NCBI GenBank assembly: GCA_030141605.1
Contig: JAQGDQ010000979.1
Location: 9,973-73,972, forward strand
DNA from: Tubiluchus corallicola
Taxonomy: Eukaryota > Animalia > Priapulida
Length of the DNA stretch: 64,000 nt
Reading direction: 5' to 3'
How positions within the stretch are numbered: position 1 is the stretch's first letter; each line of letters starts with the position of its first letter. Shown one piece after another: positions 26,603-40,972 of the stretch. The notes below the pieces were generated by a model. That model was not told the origin of the DNA. It saw only the letters and a list, made by a program, of their open reading frames with translations, and did not search any database. A program made the translations under genes and the position numbers.

Positions 26603-27991
26603 TTGACCCAGAACTTGCTTTTACACTAACAGGGGCACCTTGATAGCTAGTTGGTCATTCTGTCCAGTTTGTAAGACACATTAAGCAAAACTTTTAATGT
26701 TTTTACCACGCTTGGTCTTTATTGTAATATAAAAACCCCTTTGTCGGCTAAGTGTTAACAGTGATGCAGACTCACGCCCTAACATGAATTCAGTCTAGCA
26801 AATTTGCCCATTTTTACGACCTTGACTTTTTGGCTTACACGGACTTATACCTGTGCCAAGTAAAGTAAATAGACTCAGACACGTGTGTGCTGTACCAGAG
26901 ACACCTGGTGTTGGCGGTTGACATTATTCAGTGTACATTTTCGTGTTTCTGACACAAATCCTCACACATTTGAAAGGAAAGCTCAACAATTTCGAGACGG
27001 CTGTATTTTCTAAAGACGACGGGATTAAAAAAACGTCGCATTTATCGTTAGACTGTTATTTATCGGAATTCGAAAATTCTTGTGAATTTTAGTTGCAATG
27101 TGCCTGTATTAATGAATCTAATAATTCATGTAAAATAAAAAAAACTACTGAAGAAATATTGTGCTTGTCGGGTATTGAACCCGAGACGTTGTAAATTACA
27201 TGCTCAAACATTTGAGTTGCAAATCCTCACATAGATTGATATTTTTTTACTTAGTTATGAGTGCCACGTTTACTTATTCTTTTCAATCAATTTATTACTC
27301 ATTAATTAGGCAAACTAGTTTAGTTTTGTAAATTTAGTTGGTTTAGAAAACTTTTCACCAAACGCGCAATGGTCGTGATATTAAGTTTAACAACTAATCA
27401 TGTCAAGCTGCCAATCATTAAATAAGAAATGTAGCAGTTCGTATGGCTTCTTTAAAAGGAGAAAGCTGAAAATACTTCTTCTTCATGTTAGTAGATGTCA
27501 CCACGCGGTTTAACATTGTTACCTCCATTGCTTTAGGAGCCGGTGCCGCCATCTATTAAAATCATTGTCGAAGCCAAGAACCTACTGTACCTTTAAAAAG
27601 GCTTCACGAAAGAAACCCAGCAATCAACTGCTCTTAACAGCATCAATTTTTCTGACAACCTTTTGGGATGAGTTTCCTCTCCCTGGGATCATAAATCATG
27701 CTCACTTCAGTTCAGTTCATTTTATTGACAATTAATAAACACGGCTGATTAATTATTTTCTTCTGCGCCGCTGAAGTATCAACAAATTTGCCTCAAGAAT
27801 AAACTGATTGATTTACATCTCGGCGCATTAATTATACTGAGGCTTTAAGGGCTTTAATTAGTGAAGGCTAAACAAACTCAGTGCTTTCTCAAGCTTCTGT
27901 TTCATGCACGTCTGTACTGTACCATAGTGAAAGGTAAATTTTGTTAAACTGGAAAAATATATGGGGAAGGAATTAATAAATAAGTTAACAA

Positions 27992-27992
<1 letters not shown>

Positions 27993-28023
<31 letters not shown>

Positions 28024-28040
28024 GATGATGATGATTATTA

Positions 28041-28118
<78 letters not shown>

Positions 28119-28171
28119 GTATCATCATCATCATTATTATTAAATATAACTGTATTTTCTTAGAGAGGGGT

Positions 28172-28224
<53 letters not shown>

Positions 28225-28226
28225 GA

Positions 28227-28304
<78 letters not shown>

Positions 28305-28430
28305 AGAGAGAAGAGAGGAAGAGAAGAGAGAGGGTTATGAGAAGAGAGGAGAGAGGAAGAGAAGAGAGAGAGAAGAGAGAGAGAGAGAAGAGGAGAGAGA
28401 GAGAGGAGAGAGAGAGATTATTATTATTAT
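27993..28430. repeat. (ATT)n and (GA)n microsatellites
   Basis: Direct reading. Confidence 0.95.
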
Positions 28431-28779
28431 AACTCTATTTTATTGTATATTAACATAAATACGTACATAATATACATAAATTCCCTCTATTTGCAGGGAC
28501 CAGTATGAACAATATTATAATATTATAATAAGGTAGGAAATAATTACAATTATCCCTTTTAATATCACTGGTGACTATGATAACAGTAAAACACTTATAT
28601 ACAAAAACATATCAACAACTACAAGCAACATAGCTAGATTTACATTTAAATTTATATTTACCTAATTTTATAAATAACTCTTACTTTTACATTTTCATTG
28701 ACGGGCAGCAATCTAATTATATAAAATGACAGGTACCGGTCTACACATTTTTTATAAATAAATGAATATAAATAAGTTA

Positions 28780-29340
28780 ACAAAGGAATGAACAACAAAT
28801 TGGCAGATGAATAAACAAGCTAACTAACCTGATGAACAAGATAAAGAACGAACGAACGAACAAACAGACAAACAAACAAAACCAGGAATGAACAAACGAA
28901 TGCAGAAAAGAAAAGAACGAACAAACAAACAAACAAAACATGGAATGAACAAACGAACGCAGGAGTAAAGAAATGGATGAACGAATGAAGCAGTAAAACA
29001 GCAAACGAACGAATAAACAACTGAGCAAACAAATGAATAATGAATAAGCAAAGAAAAAGGGCTGCAAACGCGAAAGAACGAGAGAAAAATAAACAAACAA
29101 ATGCAGAAAGGAAGGAAAAAATGCTTGGATGAATGAGTAAAAGGAAGTGTGGAACAATGAGTGAGAAAAAAAGAGAAAAGAAAGCATACAGAAAAAAGCA
29201 TGAAAAGAAAAAATGGGGAGATTGAAAATTAAGAGAAGGAAAGAAGAATGGAAGGGGAAAAAACAAAAGAGCGTGTGAAAAAAGTTAATGAAGAAGAAAA
29301 TGAAGAAACGAGGAAGTAAAGACTGGAAGAAAAAACTGAA

Positions 29341-29412
<72 letters not shown>

Positions 29413-29420
29413 AGGAAGGA

Positions 29421-29456
<36 letters not shown>

Positions 29457-29457
29457 A
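28780..29457. repeat. Purine-rich low-complexity tract ending in (GAAA)n
   Basis: Degenerate aaac/gaac/gaat tetramers, then near-perfect gaaa repeat at 29340-29457. Confidence 0.88.
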
Positions 29458-30165
29458 ATGTTGTTGGAATGAATAGCCAAGTGTTGTAGAACAGATTAAC
29501 GAACGAATAAATTCGTTCTAAAATTTGCTCCAGGGTGAGTCTTGGTCATTATGTGGATGCTGGACACTAGAGACTGGACTGTCACACCCAGTGAATAGCC
29601 GCATGACTCATAGCACTTTTATAATAACCTCATGTCATCTTCGCATATATTGGTCCCATACAGAATACACTTTGCTTATTACTCCCTGATTAATAAATCA
29701 AATTGACATGCGCAGGGGGGCGTTCGAGTGTGAAAATTGTCTTTCGTCGAAGGGAAGTCCCTGGACAGTTCAACCGAGCTGACCATTGGTAACCAAGTAT
29801 TTCATCTCTGCAAACAGTGCATGAATATCCAAAGTTTAATTACGATTCAAATATTAAAGTCAAGCGACTTAAACGCCAAACAGATTAAAATAAAAAGTAA
29901 AAAACAAAATAAAGCTTATTTATTTAGGGAAAATTATTTTTATGAACATTAAAAGCTCAAATATGTGTAAACTTGATTCGTCTAGGGTCGAGTTTATTTA
30001 TATGCCCAGAACGTTTCCTGCAGCATATCATCAGTGGCGCTGCAGCTGCTACTAGAAACGAATGACCTTGACTGTCTATTGCAGTTTCACTACTAAGTTG
30101 CTGCAGAAACGTTTCTGGTAGTATAAATAACCTTGGATGCAGTTCAATCAATTTGTGTTCTGTCT

Positions 30166-30171
30166 GGTGTT

Positions 30172-30204
<33 letters not shown>

Positions 30205-30272
30205 CTGCGGTTGCCGTTGGTGTTGGCGTTGCTGCTGCTACTGCTACTGTTGCTATTGTTGTTGTTGTTGTT

Positions 30273-30347
<75 letters not shown>

Positions 30348-30388
30348 GCTGGTGCTGTTGGTGTTGGTGTTGGTGTTGCTGCTGCTGC

Positions 30389-30464
<76 letters not shown>

Positions 30465-30540
30465 GCGGTTGAAATTGTACTTGTATGGTGTTATGTATGG
30501 AATGTATGGTGTTATGTATGGAATGTATGGTGTTATGTAT
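30166..30540. repeat. (GTT)n microsatellite plus 21-bp x3 repeat (tgtatggtgttatgtatggaa)
   Basis: Direct reading. Confidence 0.92.
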
Positions 30541-30913
30541 TAGAACAATTTAAAGGAAAACATCTGTAAATAAACTTGATTGCAGGTAAATCAATTTGAA
30601 TTCTTTTAAACCAAAATTTAGTTATGATTTGAAGTTTTTGTTGTTGTTTTTCACTTTTTCAACACAAGAATAGTTTATATTATGTTTGCGCGGCTGTATG
30701 CAAAGTCGAGGAATAGCATTTTCTTTTTTACCATACTTAAACAGAGCAAGCAGTGATGTTTTAGTGGCAAATTTACCGGGCCCGATTCTTTTTGGAATTC
30801 CCACCCTACATACATCGCGTAAATTACAGTAACTTTTGGATCATTTAAAAGTCTCTAAATATGTTTGCTAAGTCTTTGCACATGGATATGGAATACCGTT
30901 GTATTGGATAGCG

Positions 30914-31497
30914 TCGAATACGCACTTGCAGTAATTGGTCAGTACATTCATCAATCTCTGGAACATAACAGAAATTTCATGATGTTGACCTTGTATTTCG
31001 GCGTTTTGTTTAAAAAATTCTCCTAAAATCGGCCAAGGATGGCATCAAATACGCACTTGCAGTAATTGGTCAGTACATTCATCAATCTCTGGAACATAAC
31101 AGAAATTTCATGATGTTGACCTTGTATTTCGGCGTTTTGTTTAAAAAAATTCTCCTAAAATCGGCCAAGGATGGCATCGAATACGCACTTGCACTAATTG
31201 ATCAGCACATTCAACAGTCTCTGGAACATAACAGAAAATTCATGATGTAAGCCTTGTATTTTGGCGTTTTGTTTAAAAAAGATCTCATAAAATCGGCCAA
31301 GGATGGCATCAAATACGCACTTGCAGTAATTGATCAGTACATTCATCAATCTCTGGAACATAACAGAAAGTTCATCATGTAGACTAATGCGCGCGCATTA
31401 CACGTTTTTGCCGTATGGACTGTCCACATACTTGCTGGCCATAATGCATGCGTAGCATCTTAAGATGTGTAATAACTGAAATTTATACCCGTATTTT
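30914..31497 (+). mobile_element. Dispersed element: ~131-bp tandem repeat plus unique tail (copy 1)
   Basis: About 3.5 units (tc(g/a)aatacgcacttgcagtaattg...) followed by ttcatcatgtagactaatgcgcgcgcattac...cccgtattttt; same structure at 38150-38786. Confidence 0.8.
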
Positions 31498-32007
31498 TTC
31501 CACTGATTTAAGAACTTCATATTTTTCTCTACCCCCCTCCCCTCGTGTTGTTGCTTTTATGCGCATTTCCATTATGTAGGAATTCATAGTTTCCATGCTT
31601 GAAACGTTCTATTTCTGTACGTAATTAAAACAGATTTGCTTGATTGCTTCTACTAGGCCATCTGCTGTAGCAAATGTCATCTTTAATTTCCCTCCACATT
31701 CTAACCTACAGCTACAGCCCAAATGTTTCTCTCTAAACTACAAAAGAAAGACTAATTTTGCGTGATGGCTCGGCGGGACTGGTCACTTTGCAAATAATAG
31801 ATGAAATAGTGATTATCTTATGAAAATTGCATTGAATGGTCTCTTGGGATGCAGGCAGCCGACAGACAGTATGGATTGCTGGAGTGGTTGCAGAATAATT
31901 GAGCTTATGCTTTGCCTGCTAGGCTACTAACCACAGATTAAGATTGGCTTCTCTGCTTTTATTTAGGAGGTATTAGAGGTACTTATGGTCTATGGAATTG
32001 TATTTAT

Positions 32008-32046
32008 GGTTGTTGTTGTTGTTGCTGTTGTTGTTGTTGTTTTTGA

Positions 32047-32102
<56 letters not shown>

Positions 32103-32220
32103 TTGCTGTTGCTGTTGTTGTTGCTGTTATTGTTGCTGTTGTTGTTATTGTTGCTGTTGCTGTTGTTGCTGTTGCTGCTGCTGCTGCTGTTGTTGTTGTT
32201 GCTGTTGCTGTTGCTGTTGC

Positions 32221-32272
<52 letters not shown>

Positions 32273-32332
32273 GCTGCTGATGTTGTTGTTGTTGCTGTTG
32301 CTGTGGTTCTTGTTGTTGTTGTTATTGCTGTT

Positions 32333-32363
<31 letters not shown>

Positions 32364-32602
32364 CTGCTGCTGCTGCTGTTGTTGTTTTTGTTGTTGTTGT
32401 TGCCGCTGTTGTTCTAGCTGGTACTGTTGTTGTTTTTGTTGTTGCTGTTGTTGTTGCTGCTGCTGGTGTTGCTGCTGCTGTTGTTGTTGTTGTTCCTGCT
32501 GCTTTTGTTGTTGCTGTTGCTTTTGTTATTGTTGCTGTTGCTGCTGGTTTTGCTGCTGCTGTTGTTGTTGCTGTTGCTGCTGCTGTTGTTGCTGTTGTTG
32601 GT
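32008..32602. repeat. (GTT/GCT)n microsatellite
   Basis: Direct reading. Confidence 0.95.
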
Positions 32603-32889
32603 TAGGCAGCTAGAAGGATTATTGGGGAAACGGTTGCGCTTTGAGGCTTTGCATTGAAATGCCGTCAAGTTGAATTTGAAACACAAAGAAACTCTCTGAA
32701 TTAATACGGATGGAAAAATTGGTCTTGAAATTTGACATCACACATGCCATCTTATTGCATCCAGGGCTTTTGCTTAGCAGTAACTTATTGAAAACGTAAT
32801 TACTTTAACTCATTTGAAAAAACGTTTAGATAACATTGTGTGAAGGAATAATCAGACCACGCGTCACTAACTAAGTAAAATTTTAAATC

Positions 32890-33300
32890 ATTGTATCTTG
32901 CCAGTAAGACTAAAAAATTCGTTTTTTGAGTGGTGCACCCTGGTGGTGAGTCAGCTAAGTTTTAGTAATTTTACCAATTGGTGAAAACATATTAATAATG
33001 TTTCTTTTCTAGTTATATATGAGCCTTTGAGGCAGCTAAGCGATAAGTAATATAACTTTGCATGGAAAGCTTTTTGTGATATAATTTAGCATTTCCCTTT
33101 TTTCCCTGATTTACCTTGTGCGTATATGACGTCATGTAATGAGGCGGTCGGAACAGCATTGCGGGAGATTTAAAATGTAAACAAACGAAAATTCCTTTCA
33201 GTGCCAGTAAGATGTGTGCATAAAATTGCTGTAAAGTAATATAATTTTTTAAGACGATTTTTCTTAAACCTACTTCAGGTACCACCTTTCTTGCCCTTTA
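32890..33300 (-). mobile_element. MITE family C copy
   Basis: Reverse complement of 8423-8800; a second partial copy lies at ~33515-33672. Confidence 0.65.
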
Positions 33301-33382
33301 GGTAACTCAATACTTGTTTCCAAGGTGGTCCCAATTTTTTTACCTGCAGTAATTATTAATATTATTATCACTTTCTTTGCTA

Positions 33383-33451
33383 TGCGACTCGGTCGGGAGT
33401 TGAACCTGTGACCTTGCGGCCGAAAAGTGAGCACGCTGCCAGTGAGCTATA
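33383..33451 (-). pseudogene. tRNA-derived sequence (SINE head or tRNA pseudogene)
   Basis: Minus strand reads atagctcactggcagcg...ggtcacaggttcaactcccg: box A and box B/T-arm motifs; cloverleaf incomplete. Confidence 0.5.
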
Positions 33452-33675
33452 AAAGCAGTTTTTAAAAGTCTTTTGCTAAAGATAATCCAGGTGTTTTTGT
33501 AAAACTTACATTCGACGCGGTCAGAACAGCATTGCGAGAGATTTAAAATGTAAACAAACGAAAATTGCTTTCAACGCGAATACAGTATGCGCATAAAATT
33601 GCTAAAAGTAATCTAATTTTTTAAAACAATTTTTCTAAAACTTGATAAGGCACCCCTTTTCTTGTGCTTAACCCT

Positions 33676-34460
33676 GTTCCTTGACAGTTCAATTGCCTAG
33701 AGCATGGGGCCTTCCAACCAGAAGGTTCTCGGTTCGAATTCTGGCTGACTCTCAATTTTTCAGAGCCTTTTCTTCTAAATTTGACGCTTGATTAGTATTG
33801 CTAACCAGCATACCAATATCCATTCAGTAAAAGAGGCAACTATGGCTGTAAAGATAATAACGGTCATCCAGTATTGCCGAATTGTAACTGTGGATTTCGA
33901 TTTGAGTCTGTTGAACACTTTTTGTTGCACTGCCCATTGTATCAACTAGCTAAGGTTGTTATGTTTGATAAATTAAATGAAATACTTCTGCCCGAAAACC
34001 TTAATATAGCTGCCTTAGGAAATAATGATCTGTTGAAGTTTTTATTATTCGATAAAGATGAATTTAACTATGTTGCTAACTGTAAAATATTCCAATGCAT
34101 ACATGACTTTATATTACGTACTAAACGCTTCCAGTAGTTTCTATCTGATATAAAATGCATCAGTCTTAAATAATCGTACATTAATATTTACTAACCGTCA
34201 TTTTTTACTAATGTCTAATGTATCACTGTAGTAAAACTTTAGTATACTAAAGTATACTAAAAACCAAGTATAGTCAATTCTTACTGTAAATGTTCTTGTA
34301 AATAGTGTATAAAGTCTGTTGTGGTGAGGATCCTAAATCATGTTGTATAAACTGTCTGATCCAATCCTAAATAAATTATGTTTAAACTAAAGAGGCAACT
34401 AGCTGGTACGCCACGTATGTGTGACGTCACAGAAGCCACCGATGTCCACAGAGAGCTAAT
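33676..34460 (+). mobile_element. tRNA-derived SINE-like element interrupted by a LINE fragment
   Basis: Head agttcaattgcctagagca (box A-like) ... ggttcgaattc (box B) at ~33686-33741; extent after the insertion uncertain. Confidence 0.45.
33843..34388 (+). mobile_element. 5'-truncated CR1-group LINE (ORF2 C-terminus plus 3' UTR) with 13-bp TSD
   Basis: Encodes CNCGFRFESVEHFLLHCPLY...IFQCIHDFILRTKRF*, the CxC-x7-H-x4-C tail of invertebrate CR1/L2-group ORF2; ends aataaattatgtttaaact; TSD AAAGAGGCAACTA at 33830-33842 and 34389-34401. Confidence 0.85.
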
Positions 34461-34813
34461 GATAAAACAACATTGAAGATTAATCGTTATCTATGAGCGT
34501 GTAAAATGGTTATCTATGGTACAGCACGTGAAATGACATGTCGCAGAGTAAACACACTGCTATTTTCCCGTGTTTGATGTGCTGTGCGTGATCTTTGACA
34601 AACCAACAGAGTACGTACAACAAGTTCTTCACACAGGCTTCGATCTGGAGAGAGACGATAAGGAAAAATTATGAACTAAACGCACAGATTAAAGCCAACT
34701 TTCGTGAATGTTCACTTGTCAATAACAATCAGCGTCTTCGTGGTTATTTGTTAAGATTTGTTCAAGAGTGGGTTGGTACATAAATCAGTAACCTGAAATC
34801 GTTTATTGCTGGT

Positions 34814-35080
<267 letters not shown>

Positions 35081-35783
35081 CTCGTTTTTTTGGCAAACTG
35101 AAGCAAATGATTAGTTGAATTAATGTTCATTATAAGTTATTAAAATGAGACAGCCGACTTGATGACACTTATCCGATTAAAATGCTGACACAAAAACTCA
35201 TGTAATACCGTAATGTTTATTTTTCCACAAGAAACGAAATACTAAGACAAAATAAATTAGAAAAATACTTGCCAACAATATAATACATCAAACATATATT
35301 TAACATTTCCCATTCATGCTTCTTATGATCACTGAACTAAAAGGATAGCCGTAAACATCCTTTAGTCTCATTGATTTTGCTATTGATTCTCTCTCACTGT
35401 AACTCGCATCTTTCAGATCTAATTAGTCCAAGTGTTGCTTAATTAGTGCATTCTCTAATAATATCAGTGCAATTAATTTGAGCGACAATCGTTAATACTT
35501 ATCAGTGGTGACATCAACGTGTACGGGATAGCTCCACTGGATCAGAAGTGAGTGGTTATGTAACATCGAGCTGATGCAGAGGAATTGTGGGATTGATCGA
35601 GTGTCCGAACAATCGTAAAAGGACAAGATGGTGATGTGACGTAATGGCGTGATTAGATAAAGTCCTGATTACGTAATTAAAGCATATATTGTTGTTAGCA
35701 TCGTTTTATGGTGTAATATGAGTTGGTTAAAATTAGTCACCAATTCGTAGATTTGTGTACAAATGTCTGAACGTGTCTTTTAA

Positions 35784-36316
35784 AGGAAAACCGGATGATT
35801 GTGTAAAAACGAGTTCAGAATAGAGAATGCTCTAAAATATTGAAAACTACAATAGCTTATTTTAAATCAAAGCTTAGATTAAATAATAATTACCTCGGAT
35901 ACTCAAATTTTGTTAAACTTTCAAAGCTACGCGCGGCTCATTGAATCTACTAAGATTGGCAACGGCGCCTTTTTGTCACATTCGTGTGGCCAACTAATAG
36001 AAGGCGGTACCGTGATAACCATGATCATGAACTGCAGTGTTAGTTTCGACGTCATATGACGTAGTGCCCATTTCGTGACATCGCTCATTTAAGCAGTAAC
36101 ACTTACTCAAACCTACCTGACGCGCATGGGAAGATGCCTGCCATTGCACAAACTGTGGTTAGTTTCTGACGTAGCTGTGTTCAGTTGCCGTTAATAACTT
36201 TCTAAGCTAATTATTCAAATATAAGAAACAAATACCAAGTTTTATTGGCAAGAAAATGTATATTTTGGACTGTAAATTAAAATGAGATTGAGTCTAATCA
36301 ACCATCCAATTTTCCT
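35784..36316 (+). mobile_element. MITE family A copy (Kolobok-like)
   Basis: TTAA at 35780-35783 and 36317-36320; ends aggaaaaccggatgattg / accatccaattttcct. Confidence 0.82.
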
Positions 36317-37555
36317 TTAAAGTTACTACTGTGTCTAGGGGCTGAACCAAACGAAAAAAAAACTGGGTTGGTTGCTGAATTTTAAAGATGGTCGACTCAA
36401 ATCGACTCGGTCGCTTAGCCACGTGGCCAGTGCGTTCTTGTTCTGAGTCTATGCAGTGCTCGGTCGAATATAGGCAGCAATAAGGGGGGGGGGGTAGAGT
36501 TGTCAGTTCATTTCGGAAAAGTTTCGTTCCTGCAAGGCAGTCGTCTACAAGTTACAGCCCTGTAAGACTTTGGAATGGCCTTTTCTTAAGAAGCTAAACT
36601 CTATTTTCACTTTGAGGCCTTTAAGACTTACGGCTGATTGCAAAAATTGACCCAAAAACATTACATGTTTTATACAAATGGTCACAAACAAGACCAGTGG
36701 TCACTCAGGGTGTATAGTAGAAATAAAAAAGTTCAGTTGACCGTTTTCCAAGTTTTAGCTTTTAGCTCAGCTGCAGGCAGTGACGTCATTTGTTCACTGT
36801 ATTTGTTTTCAGTTTGTGTAATTGTATGTAACATATGTGTGTATGTAACTGTAGTAGTGTTTTTGTGTAATAAACAATAGACAACAACGTATGAAACAAA
36901 TGTATAGGGAAATAGGTTTCTTATATATAATTCGCTAGTGATGGGAGGCATTTGCTGCTATGCTTCTTCGAGCAGTTGAGGTTAAATTTAACATGGAAAC
37001 GGTTTTTGGTGAAGAATTCCACAAATAAGACGCCCGAGGGAAATAAAAAGCTGAATCAGTAGTAACCTTGACTATCTTTTCTTGCAGTTTCCACCTTGCT
37101 TACGAGCGCAGTGAAAGTCCCAAGAGAGAACACGTGACAGCAGTGCTTTTCAGGTGCACTTTTTCTTGTCGCGCATTAACAATACCGCGGTGCATTACCC
37201 GAGTATTCATCCGCTCCCCAGAGGGCGCGCTTTATTCAAAACAAAAATGGAGATATGCAAATCCAGCGTGACGTAGCTTGCCAATACTGGTTTGTGTTAA
37301 TGATGATCTAACAAGATTTGTTCATGTTGCTTTTGAAATGGAAATTTGCGAGGAAATTAGAGTTGTGGAAAGTGTTGATGGTGAGTGCAGTAAGGGAAGC
37401 TGTAGACTTGTTAATTTGACATCTTCCTATGTTTGCACAGACGTAATAGCTGCCGGGTATGGCTTCTTTTACAGCCTTGAAAATTTGCATGTAAATTCAC
37501 ATTCAAATTTGCTGCTGGCTGCTGGTTTCTTTCTCACTCGGGCGTGATAACCGGG

Positions 37556-37786
37556 TTAAGCATTGTTCACACTTTCAGAAACTGGCTTCTTTTCTTGCTC
37601 TCTGTTAGCTGTGATGAGCTGATTAAGCACTGTTCACACTTTCAGAAACTGGCTTCTTTTCTTGCTCACTATTGGCTGTGATGAGCTGATTAAGGATTGT
37701 TCACACTTTTAGAAACTGGCTTCTTTTCTTGATCTCTGTTAGCTGTGATGAGCTGATTAAGCACTGTTCACACTTTCAAAAACTAG
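37556..37786. repeat. 67-bp tandem repeat, about 3.5 copies
   Basis: ttaagca.tgttcacactttcagaaactggc at 37556, 37623, 37690, 37757. Confidence 0.9.
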
Positions 37787-38149
37787 CATGACACCATGAG
37801 TTAAGGCCGATTCACACTGCTCGCCTGATTGGCGTATGTTCAATGTCACGCTGAAATGTGTGAAAAGTTTTAAAACTCTTTTTTTTCGTTTGCGACGCTT
37901 CAAGAAGGGTAGTTCGAAGTCTTTCAGACGCTGAGAAGTTGTGAACAGATACTTGTGAATTCCCCATTAAGATTTTTCACTCGGGCCACATATCTTTGGA
38001 ACCTTCTGCCAGAATATTATTTATCTGAAAACTTTATCTTTACTCGCTTAAAAAATAAATCAAGCTTCTGTCACTAGCAAATTAATTAAATGAATATTTT
38101 TCTGGTTCTTTATTTTCGTCTTTTCTTGCAGCCCCTTTAATATGAATGG

Positions 38150-38786
38150 TTGTTGACCTTGTATTTTGGCGTTTTGTTTAAAAAAATTCTCTTAAAATCG
38201 GCCAAGCATGGCATCGAATACGCACTTGCAGTAATTGATCAGTACATTCAACAGTCTCTGGAACAACAGAAACTTCATGATGTTGACCTTGTATTTTGGC
38301 GTTTTGCTTAAAAAAATTCTGATAAAATCGGCCAAGGATGCATCGAATACGCACTTGCAGTAATTGATCAATACATTCAACAGTCTCTGGAACCTAAAAG
38401 AAAATTCATGATGTTGACCCTGTATTTTGGAGTTTTGTTTAAAAATATTCTCTTAAAATCGGCCAAGGATGGCATCGAATACGCACTTGCAGTAATTGAC
38501 CAGTACATTCAACAGTCTCTGGAACTAACAGAAAGTTCATGATGTTGACCTTGTATTTTGGCGTTTTGTTTAAAAAAAGATCTCATAAAATCGGCCAAGA
38601 ATGGCATCGAATACGCACTTGCAGTAATTGATAAGCACATTCATCAATCTCTGGAACATTCATCATGTAGACTAATGCGCGCGCATTACACGTTTTTGCC
38701 GTATGGACTGTCCACATACTTGCCGGCCATAATGCATGTGTAGCGTCTTAAGATGTGTAATAACTGAAACTTACACCCGTATTTTT
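38150..38786 (+). mobile_element. Dispersed element: ~131-bp tandem repeat plus unique tail (copy 2)
   Basis: Same repeat unit and same ~125-bp tail as 30914-31497. Confidence 0.8.
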
Positions 38787-39624
38787 AAGGTCAATTATGT
38801 CACGCACCTCCTACCTCCTTGTTTCCAATTCAAACTAATTGCAACGTTCTGTGTGCCTCAGTCAAGCTTTATTGGCGTTTTTCTCTTGTAAAATGACAAT
38901 TTAAGGCGTTCACGGGTGCGTCAACGCTGCGTAATTTTAACCCTCGCGTGTCAGACGTGAGGGAAAATACTTCCCGTTGTCTTCCGGTTCTCAAGTGCAG
39001 CTGACACGTTACGGGAAGTTTTACTGGAAATCAAAACAGCACCCCGAAGACTCGACTCGACAATGATATATCGTTCATATTTAAGCATTCGAAAGATTTT
39101 GAGAGAAATTTCTGTTTCTCTTGCGCTCGGAAGCCAATTTTCTGCTGTTAATTGTGACCGTATTGAGGCAATAACTTTGTATAGAATGGCTTCGCCTACG
39201 TGAGGCGAATTTTCTAAAGGTTGGTTTCGTATCGCGGCTCTAGCGGCGACATTTCGCGTTTCTCTCTGATTCGCATTCCTGTGGGGTAGCTGCGTGGGTC
39301 ACTTCAAATCTTACCCACTGTCAACCGGTACGACTATTAATCACTGTCGAGTAATTACATATTTTACCGCTATGTGGTGCTGTCCAGTACGGACGCCACG
39401 TCTCCGCCGTGCTGGATGCGCCCTCTATCGGCATTCGGAAGAAGTTTTTCTAATTCTCTGGTGGATTTTCAGACGATGAAATATTTTGCGAGAGAAATTC
39501 AGGTAGACCAGTAGACATAATGAAAATCGATTTCTCATTATTCCTGCATCTTGACCTTGCTATTTAATGGATGACTGACAGTCTGAATTTATTGATGTAT
39601 GATGTTGTGGCATTTGTAAAGGAA

Positions 39625-39654
39625 TAGTAGTGGTGATGGTGGTGGTAGTAGTAA

Positions 39655-39687
<33 letters not shown>

Positions 39688-39739
39688 CAGCAGCAGCAGT
39701 AGTAGTAGTAGCAGTAGCAGTAGCAGTAGCAGTAGCAGT

Positions 39740-39786
<47 letters not shown>

Positions 39787-40023
39787 CAGGAGTAGCAGCA
39801 GTAGTAGCAGTAGCAGCAGCAGTAGTAGTAGCAGTAGCAGGAGTAGCAGCAGTAGTAGCAGCAGCAGTAACACCAGCAGTAGAAGCAGCAACAGCAGCAG
39901 TAACACCAGCAGTAGCAGTAGCAACAGTAGCAGTAGCAGTAGCAGCAGTAGTAGCAGTAGTAGGAGTAGCAGCAGTAGTAGCAGTAGCAGTAACACCAGC
40001 AGTAGAAGCAGCAACAGCAACAG
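39625..40023. repeat. (GTA/GCA)n microsatellite
   Basis: Direct reading. Confidence 0.95.
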
Positions 40024-40972
40024 TGTTCAGAAACGAAAAGTGATCATTTTTCACTCTAAGTGCATTGCCTGAAAAATTATCATTATTTCATTGTCAGTGC
40101 ATTGTCGCCATTACCAGTAACATCATTATCAACGTCGCTGTTGTCGCTGCCAATGCCCTTCGTGGGAAAACACCGGGAAAAATTCCGCAACAATGATAAC
40201 TAATGATTCTCGCTTGAAATCTGAAATACGGTTTCAATGTCTACGCGTCCATTTATCTAGACATAAATATAAAAAATGATTATTTGATATGCGTAATTTT
40301 TCAACGTAAACAATGCATCAGTCATACGTAAAATATATGTAACTAATCTTACACACACTACAGATGACAAATCATGAACAGAAAAACTCTACCTCTCATT
40401 GTTACGCGTTTTAAAACTTCCATCATAGCTTGTATAGCTCGAGGCAGCCATCTTGTCTTTGTGCTTTTATGATGCGTCTAACACAATGTCATTCATTTGA
40501 ATAACACGTGTTCTGCTGGGGGGCAAACTTTCTTATAAACTAATTAAGCATTGTCAAGTTTCATTCTCGACTGAGCGTGTTAAACAGGTATTACCATGTC
40601 ACAATATCCGAGCAGGTATCAAAGCAAAGAAATGTATTAAATTTTTTCATCTCGGAGAATTAATTATGCGTTTGCTTTTAATAATAAAAGGGGGTAGCAT
40701 TTAATGATAAAGGGGGCGATATTTCACCGGGCGTGCTTTAGTTATAGGACTGCCATACATGAGGGAAATAGGGCAATTTATAAAGTGTAGCCGCATATGC
40801 TGGTCGTCTCTTTTACGGAAAATTGATTTCCCTTTTGTTCATTATGCATATCATTATAATATGAAGGTTTGCTCTTCTTGTGACAGTGTCTTGGTGTAGC
40901 TGCTGCTGTTGGCGTCAGTGTTGCTGTTCTGTTGCTCTGTTGTTGTTGCTGTTGCTGTGAGATATGATTACG

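Noticed and set aside
37308-37490. Minus-strand YVCANIGRCQINKS resembling a nuclear-receptor second zinc finger
   Set aside because: The remaining conserved Cys/Arg residues and the first finger are absent; likely chance similarity.
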